Both the position numbers and the translations under genes were made by a program. Below the pieces are notes generated by a model. It did no database searches and was not told the origin of the DNA. It saw only the letters and a program-made list of their open reading frames with translations. From Botryllus schlosseri (taxonomy: Eukaryota): a DNA stretch of 64,000 nucleotides. This document shows, piece after piece, positions 50,252-63,342 of this stretch. The stretch is from NCBI GenBank assembly GCA_051294905.1, contig CM119372.1, positions 10,294,001 through 10,358,000 of the forward strand, read 5' to 3'. The number at the start of each line of letters is the position of its first letter. Within the stretch, counting starts at the first letter, position 1.

Positions 50252-53200
50252 ATGAAATATCTGATCTATGGTAGTGTTTTCCTCTTGATCTCGACATCAC
50301 TGCAAGAAACAATAGATTTCAACCCGTATGAAGTGCTGAATGTACATCGAAGTTCTTCAACGTCAGATATTCGAAGTAGTTACAAAAAGCTTGCAAGAAC
50401 GTGGCATCCTGATAAAAATAAATCGCCCGATGCTCAAGACAAATTCATAAGAATACAGCAAGCATACGAGGTATGAATTATAGCAAAATTATGATATATA
50501 GCGATGTGAGAAAATACTATTATAAGGTGCCTAAAAATGAGGTACTGTATCATAGTGCATCTAGAATTGCCATTAGCCGCGAACAATTTAGGATATAATG
50601 ACGTAGATGTGAGTTACTAATGCAGGATAACTCATTGAAACACTGTATAGTGTATACACATCAATAAACTACTACATCACTGACTTGTAGGCCTGCAGAA
50701 ATGCGTTCTTCAGGACTATGTTTTCATACTATTTGAATTGTTTAATTGCACCAAATTAATTTTCGTCTTTTGGTAACACTTCTTTTAGATCTGCATAAAA
50801 CTATCATCATATCAGTTTGGTTATCTTGACTTCAGATACTATCAGATGAGAATAAGAGAGAGCAATATGACACAGGGGGTTACTCTAACGAAGCAGTCGG
50901 ACAATGGCAGTACCATGGAGAGCCGTTTTCATTCCAGTACTCTGATTTTTCGTTTGACTTCAACCAGCACGGTAAACTACCCGATACACCATTTTCAATC
51001 AACACACTTTAATTTGCTTCTGAAATTTCAGGCCACATTCGGACCTTATCTCTTCACGAATATTACAGCAATGTCATACCGGAATGTCATGACGTCCCGC
51101 ATTTGATATATGTGTACTCCACCTTCTGTGCTCAATGCATCTTATGGCTGAGAACGTCCTGGCAACGGGCGGCCACTGATTTAGAAGCCTTGGGCAAGTT
51201 ATCTACAGTATAGTGCAGAGTGCTTCGGGTCATTGATAACATTTTATCATTCAGGCGTCGCAGTTTACACAGTGGATACAACCTTTACCTCACGAATCGC
51301 TTCTGGTCTTGGTGTTACAAGAATACCTACTGTTGTTGGGCTGTACAAAGAACGGACGTATCATTTCAAGGGCCGCATATCAAAGGATGAACTCAAGAAT
51401 TTTGTTAATTCTTTTCTTCCGACCGACGTCATCACCAAGGTAGATGCATGGGAGACGATTCCTGGAAAATCGTTTTCAATTTTGTACGCTGTGTTCAGGT
51501 TGCGTCAGACAATTTCCAGAATTTTTTGGCCGGAATCGCCAAAGATGATAAGCCCCGAGTGGTGTTGTTTTCCGCAAAACCCAACCCTGCTCTTCTGTAC
51601 AGCCTTTTGACCCTGAAATACCAGAGATATTACTGTAGGTTGCAAACACTGTCTTTTGAAAAGATCCCTGTTTAACTTCATTGCGATATTTTCAGCGTTC
51701 GGGTACGTGGACTTGAACGATGATAAATCCCAGACGATAGTGGAAAAATTCGCCGTAAAACGAGACGGACCCACTCTGCTTCTTTTCAAGGATGACAGCG
51801 ACAGGCCCTCTGTCGTTTTAGGGGTGAACACCACTTAACTTTGAAAACAAAATCTGGGACTTTATGCAAACAAATTTTTTCCAAGGCTACGGAAATGCCG
51901 AAAGGAGCTATCAATGACATTTTGTCAGCGAACAAATTCGTGAGCGCACCACGGCTCACATCTCAGCATGTGTTTGATGAATTGTGTCCAGCGCCCAAGG
52001 GGGCGGTTCACGATATACGGTAGATTTCAATAATCCCTAATGTGTAACGCATTTCATAATTGCATATTCACAGGCTGTGCATGGTATTGGTTACCGACCC
52101 ATCGTTTGAAAAATTTGAAACCATTGTTACAAACCTGAAGCGATTGGTCGACGAGATCGCTTCAAAAGAAGAAACTTTACATGAATGGTTGATTTTCATG
52201 AGAGTACATGTATCATCACAGCCTGCTTTTACCAGGTCTCTGCTATCGGAGGAAGTCACTCAATCTAAGGTATAGAAATTAAGTTCAATATCACCGACGG
52301 CTTTTGTGGAATATTGTTTGGTGGTAGGAATACCTATTGGGTGGAACAAGTGTTATGATCAAGCCACTACCTTAGAGTCGCAAGTCACTTCGATACAAAT
52401 TTTGACTCGATTCAAGGCGTGCAAATCTTTAAAGTGACAATTTAGAGTAAATTTCAAGTCACAAAATAATTCAGGTCAAGACTTTGAGTTGATGTGTGGA
52501 GTGGATGCTAGTGTATGATTTTAGTGAAATTTTATTGGCATTCAAGTACTAATAACTGCAGTTCGGGCAGGTCGTAGAAGTTTTGTCTGCAATGTCGCAG
52601 ATGGAATTAACCGTATCAAAAACAAAAATAAATGGAATCCAGTAAATAAATGATAATTGTTATTGATGACATGGTCACTTCCCGGCGCAACTGAGAGGTT
52701 CAGAATGGTTTGTAAAGTAGAATATTCAACTTTAAAATTGACCCCAAAATTGGACTCCGATTCTCAAAGGTCAAGTCAAGTTATTATAGTGTAGTTACTC
52801 GAGTCATCACAACAGAGCTTGAGCTACTCAATTATAAGTTGTAGCCGCAATCTTCATATCATGCCAAAACGACTTCAAGTAGAAGTAGGTACAGAGGTGG
52901 TCAAAGTAGTCAAGAAAGCTACTCAAGTAGAAGTAGACGTAGCGACGAATAAATCTACTCAAGTACTAGTAGAAGTACTTCCTCCATAAGCAACCTAAAA
53001 CTACTTGAAGTAGAAGTAGAATTGACTGACTTTAAAAGTACTCAAGTAAGTAAGTAGTTGTGAAAACGATCCTAATTCGTTCTCATGGATTGTAAAAAGG
53101 TGCAAATTGAGCTATGCGAAAGGTGACGAGCTTGATTCATATTGATGCATACCAGCAGGTATCCAATTTTAGACAGCATAAGCATTCGTCCACATCATGG

Positions 53201-56200
53201 GATGAAAATTATAGTATTGATATGGAAATCCGATACTAATCCTCTGTTTTCTCGAACAGCACGTTTTAGAAAATAGCATGGTATGGCGCCATTCCCCATA
53301 TTATAAGGCCCGTAGTTTAGTCGAAGAGCAATACGGAGAAGTTGTATAGCATACGGTGTAAACACTTTGCGCGATTAGTAAACGTTAATAAAAAATATGG
53401 TGGACCGTAAAAATGCCACATTGTGTAGCTTTATTTACGGAAATTAAAGGCATTACTACACTTTCTTTGATACTTCAACATGTATGTTATCTATACAAAA
53501 GAACTGATATTAATTATAACTCAAAGTATATGATACTGGGAATTGAAAGTGAAACATAAATACTACTTCTAAAAGCGGAACATGTATATTCCATTCCTTT
53601 AGTCCAGAAAGTTTCAAAGGTGATATGCTAAAACAGCTCTAAAACTAACAAAAAAAGTCAGAGTCCACTTTTCCAGGTTAGGACGCGCCATGGACATGCT
53701 AGATTACGATATGATAAGTAAATGCTAGATTGCGAAACATCAGATTCAAACGTTATGATGAGCCATATATACTGTGATGAATTATTTCTTATTGGCGAAG
53801 GGCGACTATGTGGTGTGAACGGAACCACGCCAACCCGCTACCTAAATTATATTGATCGATGCTTTCGTGAAATCATACTGATCACGCCGTATCCACTGCG
53901 CGCGAAGCGCGTCGAAAATTCTGGGCTTTATCCAACTTTTATGAAAATTAATTGTTGGTACTCCCTGAAAACAGCCACGAAATTCCTCAGGCTATCTTTC
54001 TGATTGGAAGATTGAACTACTTCTACTTGTCAAACTGAAAATAGCGAAAAGTAAGTAAGTAGATCACAAAATATTACGAAGTAGAAGTAGCAAAAATCAG
54101 ACCTATGTGAGTAAGTACCAGAAGTAGAGGAAAACTACTTGAGTACTTTGAAAAAGTAGAAGTACTTCGTTACTGACCGCCTCTGAGTAGGTAGGTATTG
54201 GAGTAAGTAGTCTGAAGATGGAGCATGGGACTTCAATTAGTCAGTCTCTGGCACTAGTTTTCAAAATTGCAAGGTAGATCTTCACAACCATCCCAAAATT
54301 ACTAATGGCGATGATAATTCCGAAATCATAATGTTACCACCGTCATTCAGTGTCTGAATCGTCCGATTGTCATGGCATTCATATGTTCCATGAAAGTGAT
54401 GCAAATCTATCCATACACTATTTTCTACTTGACAAAATCTAAAGCATTACGAACTAATTATTTTGAAGTATAAGTTAGTTGAAAACGTAACCACTTTAGT
54501 AAGTTTGAAAAAATAGAAATACTTCAATAAATCTTTGATCAAATTTCACTCCCTTCGTTTTCAACTTATCTAATCGCTCCGTTAATGTTCAATTTATGTA
54601 ATGACAAGTACACTCCCTCTTTGTTCCAGCTAATATTGCTTTGGAGGCGTAGCCATAATTCATGCTCCATGAAACAGTTGGACATTGACTTTCTGAAGCT
54701 CGCATTTGCCTCAAGCCGAGAAAAATTTCAAGTCTGTTTACGGACTGCGCTGGAAACGGCTCATCTGCAGCGCTTTGATGGCGTGGTGTCTCTATCGCAA
54801 CTTGTGGACGAGTTGGCACCGGTAATCTATCGTTTGCGGTTATTTAAGTCAGCTTTGTGTATATCTTTTCTCTTCTTTACAAGGGTACGGTTTTGTGGAT
54901 ACTAAGGGGCTTTGTGCACATCGTGGAGAGTTTTGCCTCCATTTTTACGTATTTGGGCGAGAGGGAGAGTATGGTGTTAGTGATATCCACCATTCTTTTT
55001 GTTCTTTGGATCAGTGCTGCTCTTTCCGAGTAAGTCCGTACCTGTTTGCGATAGGCTACCCTGGCTATTCTGATTATTCTTCATAAGGGGCGAGGAAAAG
55101 CGTGACATACGGACTCCTACAAGGAAACCGACTAACACAGAGGTACGTGCTCGAGTGTTGTTGTGACTTTTGTAGTTTCAACTTTTTTTGTATACTAGAA
55201 TGAAGCCGACAAAAGCGATGAATTGTCGGATTCTCAGGATTCAAGGTAAGATCAAATTTCCTCGTGCGTTGCGTGCTTGGTACCGCTTCGAGATTAGGAA
55301 GTGCACCATAAATGCACGCCTGTTATGACGAGAATCAGACTGTATCAGAGGTGGTCAGTAACGAAGTACTTCTACTTAAGTAGTTAGTTAACCAATACTT
55401 TTAATACTTACTCAAGTAGATCAAATTTTTTGCTATAGCCCAAGTACAAGTATAGAGTGAGAGACAGAAACTAACGGTGCAAGTTAGAGACTGTTTTCTC
55501 TTGAGTACCAACAGTACCGAGTTAAGTGGTTCCTTTCATAACGTATTGCCGCCCATATGACATGTTTCATTCATCACAGTCAATATGGCTCCAGATAAAA
55601 TGTTTGGAACTAGTGTATCATCATCTGGACTTAGTATTCTAGCCGCACAGGGTGTGTTCACTGTTCAAATATGGAAAAATTGGTACTTGACTTTTAGGCG
55701 TTAGATCGTTTAGGGTCAACCACCGTTAAAATTGTCTGGACGAAATACATGAAATATATTCCCTCTTTCTAAAAATTAATATATTTCTCTTTATGTACAG
55801 TATGGTTGCAGAGAGATCTTCAAATTAATCTGAGTTCTTTTGTCCGGGGCACATGCACGTGGAAGTTCAAAACTAAGTGCACTGTTGACTTTTTGTTCCC
55901 GAAGTGAAATAAATATAAATTACATATTCACGATCTGCTATATTTTTGGGTGGCATTGGCATGTACAATAATGGCGCAAATCGTTAATGCAGTGTCTGAT
56001 ACAACTCTGTAATGCTTTTAGCTTTAACCTTGAACCTTATAATACGACGGGGTGGGAGCCGACATTCCAGGACATTTTCTGAAATGGGGTGTGCCGGTGT
56101 GGGGTAAAAAAAGTTGTGAACCACTGTTCCAAAGCAACACTATCATTTGCATCTGATGAGGTCCAATTCTTTTGTGTTGAAACTTTGTATCTCTTCGTAT

Positions 56201-57456
56201 CTAGCAGCACACACCCACCTCTCAATGCACCGTCCACAGGGCCCAGTTTCCAACTGTTGTATTTATAACTGCTCACAACTATTCGCTTACTTGTCACTTC
56301 TTCTACTTGAGTAACTTTCCAGGCTATTTTGACCACCTCTGGACTGTATTTATGATAATATGGACTTCTCATTATTTAATATGTTGAGTTTTGTAAGATG
56401 TACTGTACGTGATCTTGTGTAAAAGTTAGTGCACCGACTAATAGATGTTTTACGAGTGCTGCATTGTAACAGTGTGACTTTTCGGGTGCCTTTTTACGCA
56501 CTGCAAAGCATTGGTTCTGGTTTTGATCCACTTCAAATGGAAATACTATTTTTCTTTCGATTTACAATGCTGTCTGACCCTATGCTAATTTTCAAACAAT
56601 GTCGCTGCATGCAGGGGTCGCGAATCGAAGCAAAACGACGATTCAACTCATTCGGACGCTTCAGACTCGGATGTGGTAGAAGAAATTACTCTGTATGTTT
56701 CATTATTGTGCTTGTTATTTGTGTTGAGTGGATGTGCTCGATTGTTTAGATCGCAAAGCCCGGTTGATCGAATAACCCCGAGCACATACGAATCACTTGT
56801 TTTGAGTCAGTTCCGCGGTCACATGACCATCATCTTACTGTTCAATCAAGGCAAGGACGACTTCGCTCAGCTGTTTGGAAATTACAGTACGGTTATGAAA
56901 GTGTATGTCAGGTATGTGATGTTGCGTTTCCTTACGGTAACATTATATTCGGTATTGATTTGTTGTTTCTAGAGATCCAAAGATCTCTGTTGTATGTCTT
57001 GACGTGAAAAAGTACACGACATGGTACACAGAAATTCGGCGAATTTCGTCGGCCATTCCGCCAGAAGACATCGGTCGGTGGATGTACCAGTTAGATTTCA
57101 AGGCCTAGTTCTTAACTGTGACTTTTGTATATTTAGAAATAGTCGAAGACGACATGTCCTCTTTGCATGGGAACGCGGATTTTGACAGAATTGATACGGC
57201 AAATGACCGTCCCGTCACGGAGTCGGTGGATACGACGCACGGAATTGTGCTCGCGCTAAATGGTTTCAAACACTGGTATTGTATATTTGTGCCGCGCGAT
57301 GTCAAATGGGGCCTCGGGGACACGAGCTATTCGGAGGCGTTGGCCTGTTGGATGGATCGAGTGTGCGAAGGGCAAATGCCGAGGTTTTACGTTCGACAGT
57401 GGCCTGGATTATACCTGCACAGACTTTCAGAATCGACAGAAGATGGACAAGAATAA
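50252..57456 (+). CDS. DNAJC16: DnaJ homolog subfamily C member 16 (signal peptide, J domain, thioredoxin-like domains, transmembrane helix)
   Basis: Exons 50252-50470 (signal peptide, WHPDKN), 50836-50971, 51032-51193 (FCAQC), 51255-51439, 51499-51634, 51696-51823, 51886-52019 (PRLTSQHVFDELCP), 52074-52269, 54630-54821, 54884-55029 (TM), 55088-55142, 55199-55245, 56615-56692, 56750-56911, 56973-57073, 57137-57456 (VLALNGFKHWYCIF, WMDRVCEG). Confidence 0.9.
52892..54185. mobile_element. hAT (Tol2-like termini) non-autonomous element
   Basis: TIR CAGAGGTGGTCA / TGACCGCCTCTG, perfect TSD agtaggta, AAGTAGAAGTAG and ACTCAAGTA repeats. It appears inserted in a decayed copy (from ~52349) of the 59693 family. 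Confidence 0.88.
55346..56341. mobile_element. hAT element of the same family as 52892-54185, opposite orientation
   Basis: TIR CAGAGGTGGTCA / TGACCACCTCTG, perfect TSD gactgtat. Confidence 0.88.
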
Positions 57457-57727
57457 CCACTATGCTGCACTTCCTTGCCAATCATTGCCGGAATTTTACT
57501 GTTTCAAACAAGGTTTTAACCAGAATTTTATGAAATTTCCTCTATAATATATTAAATTTCTTTTTTTTCACATCAGGATTCTAAATTATCGTAAAGCAGT
57601 CACTGTACCGATAAGTTGACGAACTGGTAAAAAAAATCATAATTTAATGACATCAACATTTTTTATTGTAAGTAAGCAGGCCTACATAATACAGGCATTT
57701 GACAAACACAGTGCCGAATCTGCAAAT

Positions 57728-58099
57728 TAGGGCGGTTTTCTGAATCTTGATGGCTAGGTGATTAAATAGTTTAGTTGCCTTAAAAAACGGCGCACACCAA
57801 ATTTGAATCCTTGATCGGTGGATCATTCAAGAATTATCATCGAATAACTCCGCTTCTACGGGTTGAAATTGGGTCAAATTTGTTTTGCATCGTTTTTGAA
57901 GACAGCACAACAATTTCATGGGGTTGACAGAAAAATTGTTGCGTTTTCTAGTACATACATTATTTTCGAACTGCAAGAAATCCGTGATTACCGGTTGGAA
58001 TGAATTCAAATTTGGAGTGCGTCGTTTTTCAAGGCAACCTAACGATTTAATCACCTAGCAGGCAAGGTTCAAGAAAAACAGTTTTTTTTAACAGCCCTA
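57728..58099. mobile_element. hAT-type MITE with long imperfect inverted ends
   Basis: Ends TAGGGC / GCCCTA, inner CTAGGTGATTAAAT / ATTTAATCACCTAG, TSD ctgcaaat/ctgcacat. Confidence 0.75.
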
Positions 58100-58414
58100 C
58101 TGCACATACTATCAAAATTTGGTGAACATGCAAATGTGTAGATAGAAGAAAAGAGGCGATACAAATTCAACTATTTAACAAATTCAACTAAATAAACGGA
58201 AATACACTTCTATGATTTCTATCTATGCTCCTATTTAACTAATTATTTGACAAGAATGCAATAAATTTGATAACTGCAGATTCCACATATTTGCAAGGAA
58301 GGCTGTGAAAGTTTGTAGCAGTAAAACGATATGCTTCGTGAGCATGCTATTTGTTATTGAATATATATCTATAAAACATTTTGACAATTTGAGATGGTTG
58401 ACACTAGTATCATA

Positions 58415-61400
58415 CTAATCTGCGGCATCGCCTCGTGTGTCATTACAAGACAGTAATCGTGTGTCATTACAAGACACTAATCTGGGCCCATCACCGACTT
58501 TTGTACAGATCACATATTTGATCATGTTTGACGAATATGCATTCAAATCTATCATTTGCATGACACTAGTTTTAGGCGCAGACATAGTTACACTCATGCC
58601 ACGGAAAAAGTCGGAGTCACTCGAATCTGTCGGGAATAAATTTCTAATAAGCCAAGCTATTTCGTTGGCACGACTTTTGGTGGTAAACAGGCAAGCGTTT
58701 GGTCCTGCGTCGAATGTATAAGCGGCCTGCAACGATCCGACAGCTGTATTATAAGAATGGACCATATCCATAATCATGAAAGACACATCGTTGAGATAGC
58801 GTAACGGCGGATTAGTGTCCAAGCATACTGCGTGGAGCTGATTGCTTTCTCTCATAATGACGTCTGCCAGGGTCGGAAAGTCCTTGTTTTTTATAGCATC
58901 GCAGGCGGTCTTCATACGGCCTTCCACGACGTGCTCGACTCTGTGTTTCAGAAGCGTGGACGTCTCCACTGTCAATTGCATGCCGGCTGTGCTGCCCACT
59001 TTTTTTCTCATGTCATTCACGACGATTACAAATATTCTCAGTTCTTCCCAATGCGTTTCAGGCGCAATCTGATACCCCGTGCTGTCGCTCCCATCTTCTT
59101 CTTTACCCATTTGCCATTTTACGAATCCGCCGTGCAAACTTCTGCAGGCACTTCCCGAACCCTGCCTTGCGATCGGAGTCAGGTCGCCCTTCACGCTTAA
59201 AAGTTTTCCCATGCCGAATACCAGGGCAGCGTATCCAGAAGCAGACGAAGCTAGACCAGCGGCGGTCGGGAAATTATTTGTGGAGCTGATTTTCATCTTC
59301 TGACTTGCAACCTTGATGTCATCCAAGGAACTGTTACCTTGTCTTATGCCTTGCATTCTGGCAGCACTTCTAATCTGTGAAGGGTATCAAGTTACTCACC
59401 GTAAACGTTAGTAATTCTACAAATTTTATATGACATACTTCGCTCCATTTACAGTTAGTTACTTTGATGATTGGTATGGGTATGAGGGAGTTTATCTCTA
59501 CTTTGATTATGCGCCAAGCTCAACCCAGCTCACTCTGAGTATGATATCTTAAGCGTTGTTTCGAACAGCGACTATCACGTGAGGTAGGATTCGTCATAAG
59601 GATACTGCACTGTCCTGTAAGCGACTGTTTTAAATATCCATTGCCTACCAATTTCGTTGAAAAATTATGCTGCGACATCATGGTGTCTAAGTCAGTGTTG
59701 GGATCAAGTCACTACCTTCGAGTCATTGCACATTTTGACTCGAGTCAAGTCAATCAATTTTGAAGGTGACTCGAGTCAAGTCACAATTCAAGTCAAGTTG
59801 CCTTTTCGAAGTATGAGGTATGATTACGTCATTGCATTTTGCTAGCTGTATGAAATACAGATTGACTTTTCATTGATTTTGATCCGATGAACTAATATAG
59901 AAGTAAATATGCATGCAAGAAGGCGCTGTAACGCTCACACTCACATATATGTAGAACTGTTAAACTACGTAAGTAATTGCATAGCCTTAGTTTATAATTC
60001 CCAGCCAAAATGGAGAAAAGAGAAACGAATCGATAAGATGCAATACATTACCCATTTATACATATTGATATGATACAATTCAAGCCTGCGTTGAGGACTA
60101 TAAACTATATTCGAATTCTATTTCAATAAAACAAAAGGTTTATTGAAGATAAGAAAAGAGAACAGAAATAGACATTAGTATGCCCGCAAATTACTTTACC
60201 ATACTAGTTTGAGACAAGGTATGATGTAAGCTTCGATCACTTCATTTTCGGTCAATTTATTCGTGAAAAAACAACGCGAGCTCAGTAAAACGCGCGATCA
60301 TTGAATGATTGGTCGCTCTCATGGGTTACACCGGCGTTTCGCGAACAATCCGAACATATGTAAGATGAAGTGATTTTTATCGCACCAATTACTTAATGAC
60401 TTGAAATTGACTCGTGGATTTTGTTCCGAGTCACGAGTTAATCCACATTTCTGATACGCCGAGTCAAGTCAAGTCATTTTAGCAAAGTGACTCGAGTCAA
60501 GTCAAGTCACACGAAAAAGGTGACTCGAGTCAAGTCTTGGCTTGAGTCATCCCAACACTGGTCTTAGTAAAGTGATAAGAATCAGTTGTGAGTCTCTGGA
60601 GATTATCCCACACAACTACCAAGCACAGCTTATAAAATGATGAAGCACTTCCACTACTCAATTGAACAAGCTCACACAAATCATCACATGCTCACACAAC
60701 TCATCACAAATCTGAAACAAGACTGCGTGATTGGCTCTTATATCAAGAAACGCAAGATGAAAGAGTGTGATGGAGACCAGTGGTTCTAAACCGCCGGTCT
60801 GCATAGGGCAGTGGTTCTCAACATTTTTATCTTCGCGGACCCCTTTTGGACCATCACGGATCCCCTCGAGTTATCAATCAAAATTAGCTCAATTATCGTG
60901 CAACCGTCGTCTGTCTTGTGCAAATAATAATTGTAGGCTAGTGATAAACAGCAACAAAATGACTTTTCTTGAAAATAACATCACACGATATGTATAAAAA
61001 TTGGATTGATCTATTATTTCGAAGCGAATTTTGCAGCTGTATTTATTGTACCATATTGAAAATCCACGTCTTCGATTTGATATCAACGAGTGCCAATGGA
61101 AAATCCATTTCCACTAAGATATATTGGTGGAGAATGTAATAACAACGCATAAAGCTTCCAATAACAGCTTTTGGAGAGTTTTTAATTAACATATCACGTA
61201 TACCCTGGTCATTTCTATCTATCATCTCATCTTAAAGTTATTTAGTGGTGATATTACAGAAGGAAATGAATTTCGTGGCGTGGTTACAATTCCTTCATTG
61301 GGACAGATTAGGGAAAAAATTCAGGAATTTCTATTCCAAACGACTGTTTACTAATTTGCTAAGACTGACAATTCCAAATCCAAAATGTTTTGCAAAGATT

Positions 61401-62253
61401 TCGAAGTCACCCTGTTTGACTTTGCTATCTCCAACATTTCATTTTTCCACAAACCCTATCAAAACATCACGAAACAGCAATATGGTTGCATCAGCAGGCT
61501 ATTGGCAATTTGACAATTAAAATTAGTTTGCACAGTTGGGTGCTCGGAGCTGTACTGAATGCCCGAATATATGTATCTGCCAAATAAACATACAATTGTA
61601 AAGAATTAATTTCTACTTAACAGTTCTGTACCATAAAAATCCAAAAACCTCGTGAACCCAGTGTATCTTCCGATACAATGCCAAAGCCAGATTCCACATT
61701 AAAAAAATTGAGCCAGATTCCCCCCTAGTAGTGCTGGATGCCTTGAAAATGATCAACCAATATACTGGCCTGGCTTAGACATTTCTGGATTCTGCTATTT
61801 TGTGGTATAGACTGTTTACAGCCATTCAGTAGCAGTTCGTCATCTGTTAGGCGAGGAGATGTTGAGATCTTCGTAGTGCTTTTCAAGTGATCCTGTCAAT
61901 AAATTGTGACGAGTTGAGTGCATGTTTACTTAGAACGGATTTAGTAATATAGCATCACTAAGGTAAATTTTATGCACACAAAAGTATATTGCAACGTTAT
62001 CACAGTTGTTACTGCTGGAGCAAACGATGATTCGTATCAGGTTATTGCCTCAATTACAAATGAACTTTTTATAAATTTGCGGCAAGTTCTTTGACTGCCT
62101 GCATCGCATACGTGTGTCCCTACACCATACCTGACATAGGGTTGCACTCAATGACGAATTGAGCGGCAGGTTAAGATCCACACACCGTTTCCCCCAATAC
62201 TTGATGATAGCAATATTGGATGGAGCGGTAACTTCCACAAACCGATCACTCAT
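58415..62253 (-). CDS. MVD: Diphosphomevalonate decarboxylase
   Basis: Exons 62253-62131 ([25 protein letters not shown]), 61892-61770 (DHLKSTT...LLLNG...RIQKCLSQ), 59374-58415 ([44 protein letters not shown]). Confidence 0.96.
59693..60560. mobile_element. hAT-type MITE in MVD intron 2
   Basis: TIR CAGTGTTGGGAT / ATCCCAACACTG, TSD gtctaagt/gtcttagt, GACTCGAGTCAAGTC repeats. Confidence 0.85.
60809..60930. mobile_element. Partial copy of the 42038-42948 MITE family
   Basis: CAGTGGTTCTCAACATTT...CTTCGCGGACCCCTTTT...TTAGCTCAATTATCGTGCAA matches the reverse complement of ~42840-42948. The far end was not found. Confidence 0.7.
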
Positions 62254-62371
62254 TCTTTACTGTCGCAATTCGACGAGTCGACAACGCCAGGGTGCGCCAA
62301 CTGAGCCGAGGTGAAGTGCCAGTTTGCACTTTGCAATGCACAAGCTCAAGCACAGCACAATGACCATGGGC

Positions 62372-63342
62372 CAGAGATGAGCGGATTTGGAATTTCTATG
62401 TCCTAACTCCTAATCCAATCCAAATCCGAAGCTTCAAATCCTAATCCAGAACTTTTTCCGATTCAAGTCCATGTCCAATTGTCCAATCCTAATCCGATTC
62501 CAACTAGAAATTTAGAAAAAAATATAATTCATGCAAGGCGGAATTGTAATTTTTCCTTTCACAACCAACGATTCTCTTGATTTAAGATAACTTGGCATAG
62601 GGCTGCACCTCTTATGTTCATTTGCACCATAGTGTAGGTAGTCACAGTGTACCATGGGGACATTAAAGGGGCACTGCACTCTAAAAATGATGTGGTCTCA
62701 AATTGAAGGGCAAAATGAAAGAAAAATTTGGGCCGCAGCCGTTTTCTTCAGAACGCCACCGTAATGGAGCTGTAATGTATTGAAATTTCCAGAGTTGCAG
62801 CACGCTCCGGCAGTCACGTAGAGGTCGAACTTTATATAGTTGTCAGCCGATGTTATGAAGGAAATAGAATACACTAGGCCCGATTTTGACATAAATCTCC
62901 TGACTGGACATATTCCGTTGAACGCGGTATCCAAACCACCTTGGCGTGTACGACATATTTCCTTCATAACATCGGCTGACAACTATATAAAGTTCGATCT
63001 CTGCGTGACTGCTGGAGCGTGCTGCAACTCTGGAAATTTCAATACATTACAGCTCCATTACGGTGGCGTTCTGAAGAAAACGGCTGTGGCCAAAATTTTT
63101 CTTTCGTTTTGCCCTTCAATTTGAGACCACATCATTTTTAGAGTGCAGTGCCCCTTGACTGATCTGAATAAAGTTTGTCACCATTCGCCACACGACATAT
63201 CAATCTACCAGAAAATCGTTAAATCCAATCCAAATCCTAATCCGTTGAGAGAAAAATCTCTAATCCTAATCCAATCCAAATCCGACGAAATTTCACAAAT
63301 CCTGTTTTTTCAAAACCTAATCCTAATCCATGCTCATCTCTG
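62372..63342. mobile_element. hAT-type element just upstream of MVD
   Basis: TIR CAGAGATGAGC / GCTCATCTCTG, perfect TSD ccatgggc, AATCC repeats. Confidence 0.88.
62667..63155. mobile_element. Kolobok-like fold-back MITE with 200-bp inverted arms
   Basis: Arms 62667-62866 and 62956-63155 are near-perfect reverse complements. It starts TTAA|AGGGGCAC; the right flank is imperfect. The ORF track shows mirror peptides on both strands. Confidence 0.85.

Noticed and set aside
24435..62253. Functional gene cluster (PIGA, LETM1, epimerase, THUMPD3, DNAJC16, MVD)
   Set aside because: Unrelated housekeeping functions with no shared pathway evident.
62698..63124. Two near-identical ORFs on opposite strands
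   Set aside because: An artefact of the palindromic MITE.
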